A stretch of DNA of 64,000 nucleotides, from assembly GCA_945949515.1 (NCBI GenBank), contig CAMFEU010000003.1, positions 2,398-66,397 on the forward strand, given 5' to 3'. Below, in pieces: positions 9,487 to 19,514 of this stretch (position 1 is its first letter; the number at the start of each line of letters is the position of its first letter). This DNA is from an uncultured Prevotella sp. GTDB lineage: Bacteria > Bacteroidota > Bacteroidia > Bacteroidales > Bacteroidaceae. The position numbers were made by a program, and so were the translations under genes. The notes beneath the pieces were generated by a model. It searched no databases, had not been told where the DNA came from, and was given only the letters and a program-made list of their open reading frames with translations.

Positions 9487-11526
9487 TCAAAACCGCCACT
9501 CTCCCTGTATCTCCACATCTGCCTTGTTGGAGCCGTTGATGGTCTGCAATCCCGACCCAATCTCATTACGGTCGGTATAGTGGGTTACACCCACCTTGAC
9601 ATGGCAACGCAGTGCAGCAAGCACGTTCACACTGCCCACGGCCGCCAAGCGCCATCCTCTGCCATACACATTGAGTGACGAAAAGGAATGGTGCAGATTC
9701 TTCTCATACACATAGATGCGGGCATCGTAGCCACTCACGTCAAACAGGGTGGCACCAACATACACACCGCACCTGTTCCAGTGCTTTGCCACACTCTGCG
9801 ACAGGCACCACCCCCTATCGCCCTCTACGTTATTTATATAGGTAGCAGCTGCACGTGTGGTGTGTGTCCACTGCGCTGTGGTGGTATAGGCAGATGACAG
9901 CTGCAAGCGGTGCAACCACAGATTGTCTAACCTGCTATGGGTGTTATTGTCTTTTTGTGTCAGTTTGATGCGATAGCGTGCCGTTGCCTTCCACTGTTCG
10001 GTGGAATACTCCACCCCCGTCATCTGCTCCAAACTGTGCGAGGGAAAGCTGACGAGATATTTCGGTTGGGAAGAATACGCATAATCCACATACGAAGAGA
10101 ACATCCAGCCCGCCCACGGCAGATATCCCGTTATGCCGAAATAAATGCCATGCTCGTTTTGCGTTTTGCTGGCATTGCCAAAGCCATGCCCATGCAGAGT
10201 GTTATATCGGGGAGCATAATAGCGGTGAATCAGCACCATATCGGGCATATTGCCTGGGGTAAAGCCCAACGAATGTACGGCGGCTATTCCACCCTCTTTA
10301 TTTACTGCCACCTCGCCTCTCAGGGAGATGAGATGGTGAAAATAGGTGTAGTGCAGTGAGGTGTTGACAAACTCATTGCCCATGGGATAATGCCTGCGGT
10401 ATGCCTGTGAAATATTGGGCTGCAGAGGACGGTTGAGCCATGTGTATAGCGAGGTGAGCCCCATGCTGAATCCTCCTTTCCGGTAGGTCACATCAGCCCC
10501 AAAAGAAGTACTGCGGCTATTTCCCTTCTTGTTCATCTCCGAGATGGTGCGATGATAGCCCGAGGAGAGGATGGTGGCAATGCTTCCATTCTTGTTCAAG
10601 GTGGCATCAATGGGTCTGTACGACCACCACCCACTCACCTCCCAATGCGGCGACAAAGTCACCGTAGAGGCTATTCCCTGGAAATAGTCGGCCTCTGAGC
10701 GTGACGTGTATGCCCTGACACCTGTGGCGATGCGCCCCATGGAGGTGAGGGCCACAGTCTTGCCCATGGAATACGAGGTACCCGTCACCAAGCCCATGCC
10801 AAAGGTGGCACGGTAGCGCCCCACCACCAGGCTTTTGATGCGCCATAAATTTGTCAGCTGCAAATAGGCTGAATAGTAGTCATAACCCTGAGAGTTGCCC
10901 GCCTGGAAGAAAGGTTCGCCGGCATCCTGCGATGCCATCACTCCCGCCCTGACGTGCGCCCCACTACCGAACTCGTACTTCAACCAATGCTTCAGCGGAT
11001 AGCCAAGATAATCACTCCTGTCGCCCTTGCGCTCGTACAAAGGCACCTGCGCATAGGCGGTTATCTTGTGATGGCCATATTTCAGCATTTCACGCCAAGA
11101 GGGAACAGACGTCTTTTCGTGCGATCGTATCACCACCAACGATCCCAGCAGTTTTCTTCGATAATAGTCTAACGAAAAGATGGAGGCCAACTCTCCCACA
11201 CTGGCAAACTCACCGTACTTCTCTCTGTGGGCTATAATCTGCTCTATCTGCTTGGAGGAGAGAAAGGATATTTGCTCCAGCTGTTCCCGTGTGGCAGCGT
11301 TGAGGTCTAACGGATGCTCCGCCAGATAGCACAGATCTTCGTACAGCTGTTCTTTGTCTATGCTTTCCTCATCCTCCATCGCCACCAGTTCCTCAAAATA
11401 CGGTTCCCATGAGGCTTCCTGCTGGGCAAAAGAAAAAAGTGGGAACAGAAGAAGCACTCCTATTCCCACCCATTTATTGAAACAATTATTCTTCCTCGTC
11501 TTTGGTTGTCTTTTTGCTGATGGCAC
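9487..11526 (-). CDS. helix-hairpin-helix domain protein fused to a predicted outer-membrane beta-barrel
   Basis: signal-like N-terminus (VGIGVLLLFPLFSFAQQ). ComEA-type HhH segment LDLNAATREQLEQISFLSSKQIEQIIAHREKYGEFASVGEL. About 540 aa of alternating beta-rich sequence ending in ...GEWRF (terminal aromatic). GTG start overlapping the upstream gene. Confidence 0.7.
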   Translation of the reverse strand: MPSAKRQPKTRKNNCFNKWVGIGVLLLFPLFSFAQQEASWEPYFEELVAMEDEESIDKEQLYEDLCYLAEHPLDLNAATREQLEQISFLSSKQIEQIIAHREKYGEFASVGELASIFSLDYYRRKLLGSLVVIRSHEKTSVPSWREMLKYGHHKITAYAQVPLYERKGDRSDYLGYPLKHWLKYEFGSGAHVRAGVMASQDAGEPFFQAGNSQGYDYYSAYLQLTNLWRIKSLVVGRYRATFGMGLVTGTSYSMGKTVALTSMGRIATGVRAYTSRSEADYFQGIASTVTLSPHWEVSGWWSYRPIDATLNKNGSIATILSSGYHRTISEMNKKGNSRSTSFGADVTYRKGGFSMGLTSLYTWLNRPLQPNISQAYRRHYPMGNEFVNTSLHYTYFHHLISLRGEVAVNKEGGIAAVHSLGFTPGNMPDMVLIHRYYAPRYNTLHGHGFGNASKTQNEHGIYFGITGYLPWAGWMFSSYVDYAYSSQPKYLVSFPSHSLEQMTGVEYSTEQWKATARYRIKLTQKDNNTHSRLDNLWLHRLQLSSAYTTTAQWTHTTRAAATYINNVEGDRGWCLSQSVAKHWNRCGVYVGATLFDVSGYDARIYVYEKNLHHSFSSLNVYGRGWRLAAVGSVNVLAALRCHVKVGVTHYTDRNEIGSGLQTINGSNKADVEIQGEWRF

Positions 11527-12319
11527 GCTTGCGTACAGTCTTTTTCTTTTCTTCCACTACCACCTCTTGCTTCACTCCTGCAAGTTCTGGATCAATCAAT
11601 ATTCTGCCACAGTACTCGCACACAATAATCTTCTTGTGTATTTTTACATCCAACTGGCGCTGGGGTGGTATCTTGTTGAAGCATCCGCCACAGGCATCAC
11701 GCTGCACATATACAATACCCAGTCCGTTGCGTGCATTTTTGCGTATGCGCTTGAACGAAAGGAGCAAACGGGGTTCTATCTTCTGTTCCAGGTCTTTCAC
11801 CTTCATGCGCAGTTTCTCTTCCTCGGCACGTGTCTCTTCCATGATCTCGTCGAGTTCTCCCTTCTTCACCTCCAAGTCGCTCTTGCGGTCTTCCAGATTT
11901 TGCTTGCTCTCTTCGAGTTCCTGAGTTTTCTCTGCTATGCGCACATTGGCTTCCTTGATTTTCTTGGTGCACAGTTCTATCTCCAAAGTCTGATACTCTA
12001 TTTCCTTGCTCAGGGTATCGTACTCGCGGTTGTTTTTCACATCGTTGAGTTGAGACTTATAGCGTGCCACGCTCATCTGTGCCTCTTCAATCTCGGCCTT
12101 TTTCTGACCCACAGCCTTCTGAAATTCTTCAATCTCATTGGTTATTTTCTCGATACGTGTGGCCAGACCTGCTATCTCATCTTCCAAGTCTTGCACCTCC
12201 AAAGGCAGTTCACCGCGAAGGGCACGCTTCTCATCTATACCCGAGAGGGCTGTCTGCATCTGATAAAGGGTTTTCAGTTTCTCTTCCACTGACAAGTCGA
12301 TAATCTCTTTCTTAGCCAT
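11486..12319 (-). CDS. coiled-coil zinc-ribbon protein (DUF164/COG1579 family)
   Basis: long E/K-rich coiled coil followed by CGGC...CEYC zinc ribbon; sits directly after nif3, which is the usual arrangement. Confidence 0.8.
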   Translation of the reverse strand: MAKKEIIDLSVEEKLKTLYQMQTALSGIDEKRALRGELPLEVQDLEDEIAGLATRIEKITNEIEEFQKAVGQKKAEIEEAQMSVARYKSQLNDVKNNREYDTLSKEIEYQTLEIELCTKKIKEANVRIAEKTQELEESKQNLEDRKSDLEVKKGELDEIMEETRAEEEKLRMKVKDLEQKIEPRLLLSFKRIRKNARNGLGIVYVQRDACGGCFNKIPPQRQLDVKIHKKIIVCEYCGRILIDPELAGVKQEVVVEEKKKTVRKRAISKKTTKDEEE

Positions 12320-12320
12320 G

Positions 12321-13106
12321 TTATTTGTAAATTATTGGATTAACATTTGATTTTGAGAGATAGACAGGCACCTCTGGGCACTGTCTGTTCAATATCTCAC
12401 GGAATATTTCTGCCGTATATTGTTCACTCTGATAGTGCCCAATGACGCATATCTGCACCTGCTGTTCGTGCCCTGCATATACATGGTAGTGCATCTCGCC
12501 GGTGATAAAGGCATCGGCTCCTGCAGCAATAGCCTGCTCTAACAGGAAATCGCCGGCACCACCACACAGGGCCACACGCTGGATGGGGCGTTTCAGCAAC
12601 TCATTGCACTGTGCACACTCCACGGCAAAGATGCGTTTCACATGTGCTATAAAGGCTTCGGCATCCATAGGCTGGGGCAACAAGCCCGTCACGCCGCTAC
12701 CGCCCTGCACATTGCCCACCTGCTTGCAGGCAAACAGTTGCACTTGTTGCAGTCCTATCTTTTCTGCTATCTTGCAGTTCACCCCACCCCACGCATTGTC
12801 CATATTGGTGTGCATGGAAATAATGGCAATGCCATGGCTGATGGCTTTCATCACGGCACGCTCCACATCACTACTGCCACTGATGCGCTTCAGTCCGCGA
12901 AACAGCAACGGGTGGTGCGACACTATCAGATTGCACTGCCTATCTACAGCCTCGGTCACTACGGCCTCGGTCACGTCAAGACACAATAAAGCCCCTGATA
13001 CTTCCGCTTCTGTCAGTCCTATCTGCAGGCCGGCATTGTCCCAGTCTTCCTGCAGAGGCAGAGGCGCAAATTGTTCAAGGGCACTAAGCACTTCTTTTAC
13101 TTTCAC
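12321..13106 (-). CDS. Nif3-like dinuclear metal centre protein (GTP cyclohydrolase 1 type 2 homologue)
   Basis: DWDNAGLQIG, SHHPLLF, GHYQSE motifs, 261 aa. Confidence 0.9.
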   Translation of the reverse strand: MKVKEVLSALEQFAPLPLQEDWDNAGLQIGLTEAEVSGALLCLDVTEAVVTEAVDRQCNLIVSHHPLLFRGLKRISGSSDVERAVMKAISHGIAIISMHTNMDNAWGGVNCKIAEKIGLQQVQLFACKQVGNVQGGSGVTGLLPQPMDAEAFIAHVKRIFAVECAQCNELLKRPIQRVALCGGAGDFLLEQAIAAGADAFITGEMHYHVYAGHEQQVQICVIGHYQSEQYTAEIFREILNRQCPEVPVYLSKSNVNPIIYK

Positions 13107-13131
13107 GCTATACGTTTCATATAATGTGGTG

Positions 13132-13139
13132 CAAAGGTA
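13132..13139 (-). promoter_or_regulatory. -7 promoter box TAccTTTG for the nif3 operon
   Basis: reverse complement of caaaggta, 26 nt upstream of the ATG at 13106. Confidence 0.55.
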
Positions 13140-13207
13140 ATCATTTTTGCTTAGACTGCCATATTTTTTGGCTATTTTATGATTTGATGTGCTTTACAGT
13201 TCCTGTA

Positions 13208-14308
13208 TCAAGGCTTTTTAGGTATGAAGTTGTCCATCACCTTATCTACCTCTTCCAGCATCTTCTTGCCACGCAGGTCGCGCTTCACGATGGTGCCATC
13301 AGGTGCAAAAAGGATGATCTGCGGTATGCCATTCACGCCATACAGTTTGGTGGCGGTTTCATTGCTGTCTATCAGTTGCTGCCACAATATTCCTTCTTTC
13401 TCCTTGGCAGGCTTCAGGTTCTCTAACTTGTCCCACACAAACACGCCCAGAATGGTCAGTCCTTTGTCGTGGTACTTGCGGTACAGCTGCAACAGATTAG
13501 GAATCTCTCTGCGGCACGGACCGCACCAGCTTGCCCACATATCCACGAGCACATAGTTTCCCTTGCCCACAAACTGACTTAACTTCAAAGCATTGCCCTG
13601 CTCGTCGCTGCCCTCGAAATCCACAAATTTGGAACCTTCGGCAGTACGTCCTTTGGCATCCAACATGGTGACAAACTCCTTGATGGGCACCATATTCTTG
13701 ATATTGGGTCCCATGATGGCTATCACTTCCTGTATTTCCTGCGGATTGCTACTTTCCAACAGCTCACCCGCCATCAGCGCATAGGCGCCAACGGCATCGT
13801 TGGTGTGCTTGTTGTACAGTTGGCGTGTTTTCTTCATCAACTGGGCATAGGCAACCTCACGCTGTTCAGGAGTCATACTTCTCATCTCCTTTCTCAACGA
13901 GTTCGTCTCTTTTTCATAGTCCTGTATCTCCTGATTCAGCGGTGAGCCCTTAGCCACTCCCATTTCCCTTGAACTCAACGAGAGTGTCAGCTCACAGTTT
14001 TCTGCCACAACACATCCTCTGTATCCTATTGTGTTTGTACGGATGTCCACCACGTAGAATTTGTCAATGCCACCTTCGTGTACAAAGGTCACCTTGCTGT
14101 CCTTCACCAATGCACTGTCCAGCACTGCCTGTGTTCCCACATCTTTCAGATACATGTACTCCCCGTCACACCCTCCGTCAAGCAAGGTCACATGCAAGGT
14201 CATCTTCTTGTCGTTGTTCGCTTGACCGCTCTTTGCCGCAAACTTTGCCACGGCGATGCCTGCCACAAGGATGGCAAAGGCAAAAATCACAGATCTTCTT
14301 ATCTTCAT
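13208..14308 (-). CDS. TlpA-family thiol:disulfide oxidoreductase (thioredoxin fold) with signal peptide
   Basis: WASWCGPCRREIP active site. Start trimmed to the ATG at 14308 (MKIRRSVIFAFAILVAG). Confidence 0.85.
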   Translation of the reverse strand: MKIRRSVIFAFAILVAGIAVAKFAAKSGQANNDKKMTLHVTLLDGGCDGEYMYLKDVGTQAVLDSALVKDSKVTFVHEGGIDKFYVVDIRTNTIGYRGCVVAENCELTLSLSSREMGVAKGSPLNQEIQDYEKETNSLRKEMRSMTPEQREVAYAQLMKKTRQLYNKHTNDAVGAYALMAGELLESSNPQEIQEVIAIMGPNIKNMVPIKEFVTMLDAKGRTAEGSKFVDFEGSDEQGNALKLSQFVGKGNYVLVDMWASWCGPCRREIPNLLQLYRKYHDKGLTILGVFVWDKLENLKPAKEKEGILWQQLIDSNETATKLYGVNGIPQIILFAPDGTIVKRDLRGKKMLEEVDKVMDNFIPKKP

Positions 14309-14536
14309 TGTTACATTTTTTTGAGAGACTGTTGCAAGCCTCTCGTGACACATTTATAACGTATAACTGCCAAAGTTTCGCATCGCTCTGTAAGCATCGT
14401 TCACCTGCAAAATGAGGCAATTATCTGCCACAAAAATAGAAATAAAAAACGAAATGAGCAACAAAAACGCACATATACCACACTTGTGGTAGTAAATATG
14501 CCCTATTTGTGTGATTGTGCAACGCTGGAAAAACCG

Positions 14537-14544
14537 TAACTTTG
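14537..14544 (+). promoter_or_regulatory. -7 promoter box TAacTTTG
   Basis: 67 nt upstream of the metY ATG. Confidence 0.5.
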
Positions 14545-14610
14545 CACCAAGAAAACTAAATGACAGAAAAAGGAATACAATAATCATAAACTAAAGAAAG
14601 GAATAAAACT

Positions 14611-15894
14611 ATGAGCAACAAGAAACTTCATTTTGAGACTTTACAACTTCATGTAGGTCAAGAGCAGGCAGACCCCGCTACCGACAGTCGTGCAGTGCCT
14701 ATCTATCAAACTACCTCTTACGTGTTTAGGAACGCACAGCACGCTGCTGACCGTTTCGCACTTCGCGATGCAGGTAACATCTACGGACGCCTCACCAACT
14801 CTACCCAAGGCGTATTGGAAGAGCGAGTAGCTGCCCTGGAAGGTGGTGTGGCAGGTTTGGCTGTGGCCTCTGGAGCAGCGGCCATCACCTATGCACTGCA
14901 GAACGTGGCCCGCAATGGCGACCATATCGTGGCAGCCGACAACCTATACGGTGGCACCTACAACCTGTTGGAGCACACCCTGAGCACTCAAGGCGTGGAG
15001 ACAACTATTGTAGATCCTTCTGATTTTGACGCCGTGGATGCAGCATTCCGTCCCAACACCAAGGCTATTATCATTGAGACTTTCGGCAATCCCAATGCCA
15101 GTGTCACCGACATTGACCGCATTTCAGAGATTGCACACAAGCACAACACCATCGTGATAGTGGATAACACCTTCGGAACCCCCTATCTGATTCGCCCCAT
15201 TGAGCACGGTGCCGACGTGGTGGTTCACTCTGCCACCAAGTTCATTGGCGGTCATGGTTCTTCTCTCGGTGGCATTATCGTGGATGCAGGTAAGTTTGAC
15301 TATAAGGCAAATGCCGACAAATATCCCTCACTGGCCAAGCCCGACCCCAGTTATCATGGTGCTGTCTTTGCCGATGTAGCTGGTCCGGCTGCCTTTGTTA
15401 CCCGCATACGTGCCGTCATTCTGCGCGACACAGGTGCTGCCATCAGTCCCTTCAACGCATGGATACTGCTCCAAGGACTGGAAACGCTGAGCCTGCGTGT
15501 GGAACGCCATGCCTATAACACGGAAAAGGTGGTACAATTCCTTGCCAACCATCCCAAAGTGGCAAAAGTGAACCATCCCTCACTGCCCTCGCACCCCGAC
15601 CACGAACTCTACACCAAGCTATTCCCCAACGGTGGAGGCAGCATCTTTACCTTCGAGGTGAAAGGTGGCGAGAAAGAGGCTTGGCAGTTCATCGACAAAC
15701 TGCAGATTTTCTCACTCCTTGCCAATGTGGCTGATGTGAAGAGTTTGGTTATACACCCTGCCACCACCACTCACTCACAGATGACTCCCCAAGAATTGGA
15801 AGAGCAGCACATCTACCCCTCAACTATCAGACTGAGCATCGGTACAGAACATATTGACGACATTATTGACGACATCAACCAAGCATTAGCATGA
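14611..15894 (+). CDS. metY: O-acetylhomoserine aminocarboxypropyltransferase (sulfhydrylase), PLP-dependent
   Basis: FETLQLHVGQ, SATKFIGGHG (PLP lysine), 427 aa. Confidence 0.9.
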   Translation: MSNKKLHFETLQLHVGQEQADPATDSRAVPIYQTTSYVFRNAQHAADRFALRDAGNIYGRLTNSTQGVLEERVAALEGGVAGLAVASGAAAITYALQNVARNGDHIVAADNLYGGTYNLLEHTLSTQGVETTIVDPSDFDAVDAAFRPNTKAIIIETFGNPNASVTDIDRISEIAHKHNTIVIVDNTFGTPYLIRPIEHGADVVVHSATKFIGGHGSSLGGIIVDAGKFDYKANADKYPSLAKPDPSYHGAVFADVAGPAAFVTRIRAVILRDTGAAISPFNAWILLQGLETLSLRVERHAYNTEKVVQFLANHPKVAKVNHPSLPSHPDHELYTKLFPNGGGSIFTFEVKGGEKEAWQFIDKLQIFSLLANVADVKSLVIHPATTTHSQMTPQELEEQHIYPSTIRLSIGTEHIDDIIDDINQALA

Positions 15895-16832
15895 TAGCAA
15901 CAAAACTTACAGAACTGATAGGCAATACTCCACTGCTTAAACTGGAAAAGTTTGCCGAGGCTAACCAACTTAGTGCCAACCTGATAGCCAAAGTAGAGTT
16001 TTTCAACCCCGGAGGCAGCGTAAAAGACCGCATCGCCCTTGCCATGATAGAGGATGCTGAAGAGCGCGGACTGCTGAAACCCGGTGCCACCATCATAGAG
16101 CCCACCAGCGGCAACACTGGCGTAGGACTGGCTTTGGTATCTGCCGTAAAGGGCTACAAATTGGTGCTCACCATGCCCGAAACGATGAGTGTGGAACGCC
16201 GTAATCTGGTCAAGGCCTATGGAGCTACCGTGAAACTAACCCCGGGTGCAGAAGGAATGACAGGAGCCATCAAGGCTGCCAAAGCCCTGCGCGATGCCAC
16301 CCCTGGTGCCGTGATTCTGCAACAGTTTGAGAACGCTTCCAATCCCCGCAAACACTACGACACCACAGGTAAAGAGATATTGGCTCAGACAGAAGGAAAT
16401 ATCGACATCTTTGTGGCTGGAGTAGGTACAGGAGGCACCATCTCTGGTGTGGCAAAACGCCTGAAAGAAGCGAAGCCCGATGTAAAGGTTGTGGCTGTAG
16501 AGCCCTCTTCCTCTCCCGTGCTGAGTGGCGGAAAACCCGGTCCTCACAAGATACAGGGCATCGGTGCAGGCTTTGTGCCCAAGACCTTCGACGCCTCTCT
16601 CATCGACGAGATACTACCCGTAGATAATGACGATGCCATCCGCACGGGTCGTATCATTGCACAGCAAGAAGGCTTGTTGGTGGGTATCTCATCTGGTGCA
16701 GTCCTCTATGCTGCCACACAGATTGCCAAGCGCCCTGAGAATACGGGAAAGAACATTGTGGTGCTGCTACCCGATACGGGCGAGCGCTATCTCTCCACCG
16801 TGCTCTACGCATTCGAGGAATATCCGCTGTAA
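15891..16832 (+). CDS. cysK: cysteine synthase A (O-acetylserine sulfhydrylase)
   Basis: LIGNTPLL, PTSGNTGVGLA, GVGTGGTISG; ATGA overlap with metY. Confidence 0.92.
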   Translation: MIATKLTELIGNTPLLKLEKFAEANQLSANLIAKVEFFNPGGSVKDRIALAMIEDAEERGLLKPGATIIEPTSGNTGVGLALVSAVKGYKLVLTMPETMSVERRNLVKAYGATVKLTPGAEGMTGAIKAAKALRDATPGAVILQQFENASNPRKHYDTTGKEILAQTEGNIDIFVAGVGTGGTISGVAKRLKEAKPDVKVVAVEPSSSPVLSGGKPGPHKIQGIGAGFVPKTFDASLIDEILPVDNDDAIRTGRIIAQQEGLLVGISSGAVLYAATQIAKRPENTGKNIVVLLPDTGERYLSTVLYAFEEYPL

Positions 16833-16859
16833 TATACAACCGAGCATTTTTCACGTCAC

Positions 16860-16907
16860 ACAACGAGGAATAACACTGAAAGGTAGTTTTCCTCGTTGTT
16901 TTTTTTA
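16860..16907 (+). terminator. Rho-independent terminator after cysK
   Basis: acaacgaggaa / ttcctcgttgt 11-bp stem followed by T8. Confidence 0.85.
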
Positions 16908-17075
16908 GGTACCGTTATTTGCGACTTCAAGTCAGTATTCATTTGAAGAAAACAGCGTAAAGCAAAAGCCGTGTCTTTGAAAAACCGTGGTCATCCGCGC
17001 CTAAAAGTTCTCTTCCACATGAGCCTTTTCATAGAATTGTAACATCCCTGTTGCGCCATTTTAAAGAATAATACT

Positions 17076-17083
17076 TACTTTTG
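17076..17083 (+). promoter_or_regulatory. -7 promoter box TActTTTG
   Basis: 20 nt upstream of the ATG at 17103. Confidence 0.5.
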
Positions 17084-17102
17084 CCACATCAAACGAAATG
17101 TA

Positions 17103-17801
17103 ATGGATATGACAAACAGGGATTACCGAATACTGGTGGTGGATGACGAACAAGACCTCTGCGAGATACTGAAGTTCAACTTAGAGACTGAGGGCTATCA
17201 GGTGGACACGGCCTATTCTGCCGAAGAAGCTCTGACCATGGACCTCACCTCCTATCATCTGCTGCTTCTGGATGTGATGATGGGCGAGATGTCGGGTTTT
17301 GCACTGGCAAGAAAACTACAAGGCAACGCTGCCACCGCCTCCCTGCCCATCATCTTCCTCACCGCACGCGACACAGAGAACGATATGGTGACAGGATTCA
17401 ATCTCGGTGCAGACGATTATATCTCAAAGCCGTTCTCTATCCGTGAGGTATTGGTAAGGGTGCGCGCCGTGCTCAGGCGCACTGGCAATGCCAACGCAGA
17501 GGATGCAGAAAGCACATTGCAATACCAAGGACTGCAACTCAATCTGAGCAACAAAACCGTAACGGTGAATGGCGAAGTGGTGCCCTTTACAAAAACGGAG
17601 TTTGAACTGCTGCACACCTTACTGGAAGAGAAGGGACGAGTGTTCTCACGGCAGGAACTCATCAACAAAGTGTGGCCCAGCGACGTACTGGTGCTTGACC
17701 GTACCGTAGATGTCAACATCACACGATTGAGAAAAAAAATTGGACCCTTCTCCAAATGTATCGTCACCCGCTTGGGCTTTGGCTATCTGTTTGAAGTGTA
17801 A
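17103..17801 (+). CDS. OmpR-family response regulator (REC + winged helix)
   Basis: ILVVDDEQD, LLLDVMM phospho-acceptor region, C-terminal winged helix ...TRLGFGYLF. Confidence 0.92.
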   Translation: MDMTNRDYRILVVDDEQDLCEILKFNLETEGYQVDTAYSAEEALTMDLTSYHLLLLDVMMGEMSGFALARKLQGNAATASLPIIFLTARDTENDMVTGFNLGADDYISKPFSIREVLVRVRAVLRRTGNANAEDAESTLQYQGLQLNLSNKTVTVNGEVVPFTKTEFELLHTLLEEKGRVFSRQELINKVWPSDVLVLDRTVDVNITRLRKKIGPFSKCIVTRLGFGYLFEV

Positions 17802-17804
17802 CAG

Positions 17805-19349
17805 ATGCAGCACACACAGCCCAAAAAGTCTATCGTGCCAACCAACCTTATTTCCCAACACCTCCTTGCCTCTATGAGTAACTCATCCTCCATACAGCCT
17901 CAGCCGTCAGAACACAATAACGGCGGTTCATCGATAGGCAAGCGCCTATATTGGAGCGTGCTTTCGCTGTTTATCCTTTTTGCCGTGTTTTTCATTGTGT
18001 TTCAGCAGGCACGAGAAAAGGAATACAAGCAAGAGATCATCGACACCCAATTGCAGAGTTTCAACCAGGCACTGCACAACGAACTGCAACACGAGGGCAC
18101 CGTGAATGTGGGCACACTGCACGAAACCGCTTTTGAGACTTTTGTCAACAAACACCGCCCCCCATACTGTCGTGTCACCATCATCACCTTTGACGGAAAG
18201 GTGATCTATGACAATGAGCGCAAAGACTATACCAACATTGTGAACCACAGCAACCGCAAGGAGATAGCCGAGGCAAGACAACGAGGACATGGCACCGATA
18301 TCAGTAGAAGTAGCAGCACACTGAGGGGCTCCTTTTTCTACTCTGCCACCGCCTTCCCGCAAGAGGGCTACATCATACGCAGTGCCCTGCCCTACAACGA
18401 GAGTTTGGCAAAAAGTCTGCAAGCCGACCAGCACTTCATTTGGATTACACTGCTTGCCATTGCACTGCTTAGCATGGTGCTCTACCGCTTCACCCACCCT
18501 CTAAGCAAGAACATCTCGGCACTGAGAACCTTTGCCCGCAGAGCTGATGCCAACGAAAATCTGGAACCAGAAGAACTGGCAGCCTTTACCAACGATGAAC
18601 TGGGAGAGATTTCGGAACACATCATCAAACTGTACATGCAGTTGAGACATACCAAGGAGGAGCAAAACCGTCTGAAACGAGAACTGACACAAAACATTGC
18701 TCACGAACTGAAAACACCTGTGGCAGGCATACGGGGCTACTTGGAAACCATACTCACCCACCCCAACATTACCGATGCCATGCGACAGCAGTTCCTGGAG
18801 CGCAGTTATGCACAATCGCAAAGACTGAGCAGTCTGCTTGCCGACATCTCCACACTGAACCGCATGGACGATGCTCCAGAGATGCTGCCCTTTGAAGATG
18901 TGGATCTCAGTGCAATGGTGAAGCAGATTGCCACAGAAACTGCACTACAGTTTGAAAGTCATGGCATGACACTTGTGAACTTGCTGCCTGAGAATATCCA
19001 TCTCAAAGGCAACCCCTCCATGCTATACAGCATTTTCCGAAACCTCACCGACAATGCCTTGGCATACGCTGGCGATGGCACCACAGTGACCCTGTCTATG
19101 GAGCACCGCAACAGCAAGATGCACTTTACCTTCAGCGACAACGGTGTGGGCATCCCCACAGAGCACCAGAAGCGCATCTTTGAACGTTTCTACCGTGTGG
19201 ATAAAGGCAGAAGCAGAAAGATGGGAGGCACGGGTTTGGGACTTGCCATTGTGAAGAATGCCGTGCTACTCCACGGTGGAAGTATCAGCGTGCACAACAA
19301 CAGCAACGGCGGAGCCTGCTTCGATTTTTCACTACAAGCAGGAGTTTGA
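17805..19349 (+). CDS. sensor histidine kinase (cognate to the preceding regulator)
   Basis: two TM segments, H-box IAHELKTPVAGI, G-box GTGLGLAIVKN. Confidence 0.9.
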   Translation: MQHTQPKKSIVPTNLISQHLLASMSNSSSIQPQPSEHNNGGSSIGKRLYWSVLSLFILFAVFFIVFQQAREKEYKQEIIDTQLQSFNQALHNELQHEGTVNVGTLHETAFETFVNKHRPPYCRVTIITFDGKVIYDNERKDYTNIVNHSNRKEIAEARQRGHGTDISRSSSTLRGSFFYSATAFPQEGYIIRSALPYNESLAKSLQADQHFIWITLLAIALLSMVLYRFTHPLSKNISALRTFARRADANENLEPEELAAFTNDELGEISEHIIKLYMQLRHTKEEQNRLKRELTQNIAHELKTPVAGIRGYLETILTHPNITDAMRQQFLERSYAQSQRLSSLLADISTLNRMDDAPEMLPFEDVDLSAMVKQIATETALQFESHGMTLVNLLPENIHLKGNPSMLYSIFRNLTDNALAYAGDGTTVTLSMEHRNSKMHFTFSDNGVGIPTEHQKRIFERFYRVDKGRSRKMGGTGLGLAIVKNAVLLHGGSISVHNNSNGGACFDFSLQAGV

Positions 19350-19479
19350 GGGGATAGAACAGCACATCAAATAAGCCATCAAATATTCCCATGCACCGTC
19401 TTTTTACTTATTTTTTGCCTATCCTGCTATAAAACAGCACAAAAAACGCCTAATAATTGCTGCTTTCCAACTTTTTATT

Positions 19480-19487
19480 TAACTTTG
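19480..19487 (+). promoter_or_regulatory. -7 promoter box TAacTTTG
   Basis: 28 nt upstream of the ATG at 19515. Confidence 0.5.
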
Positions 19488-19514
19488 TGCACACCTAAAA
19501 CATTCTGAAACACA

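Noticed and set aside
14545-14610. SAM/Met riboswitch upstream of metY
   Set aside because: The leader after the promoter box is only about 60 nt, A-rich and lacks the paired elements of known SAM riboswitch classes.
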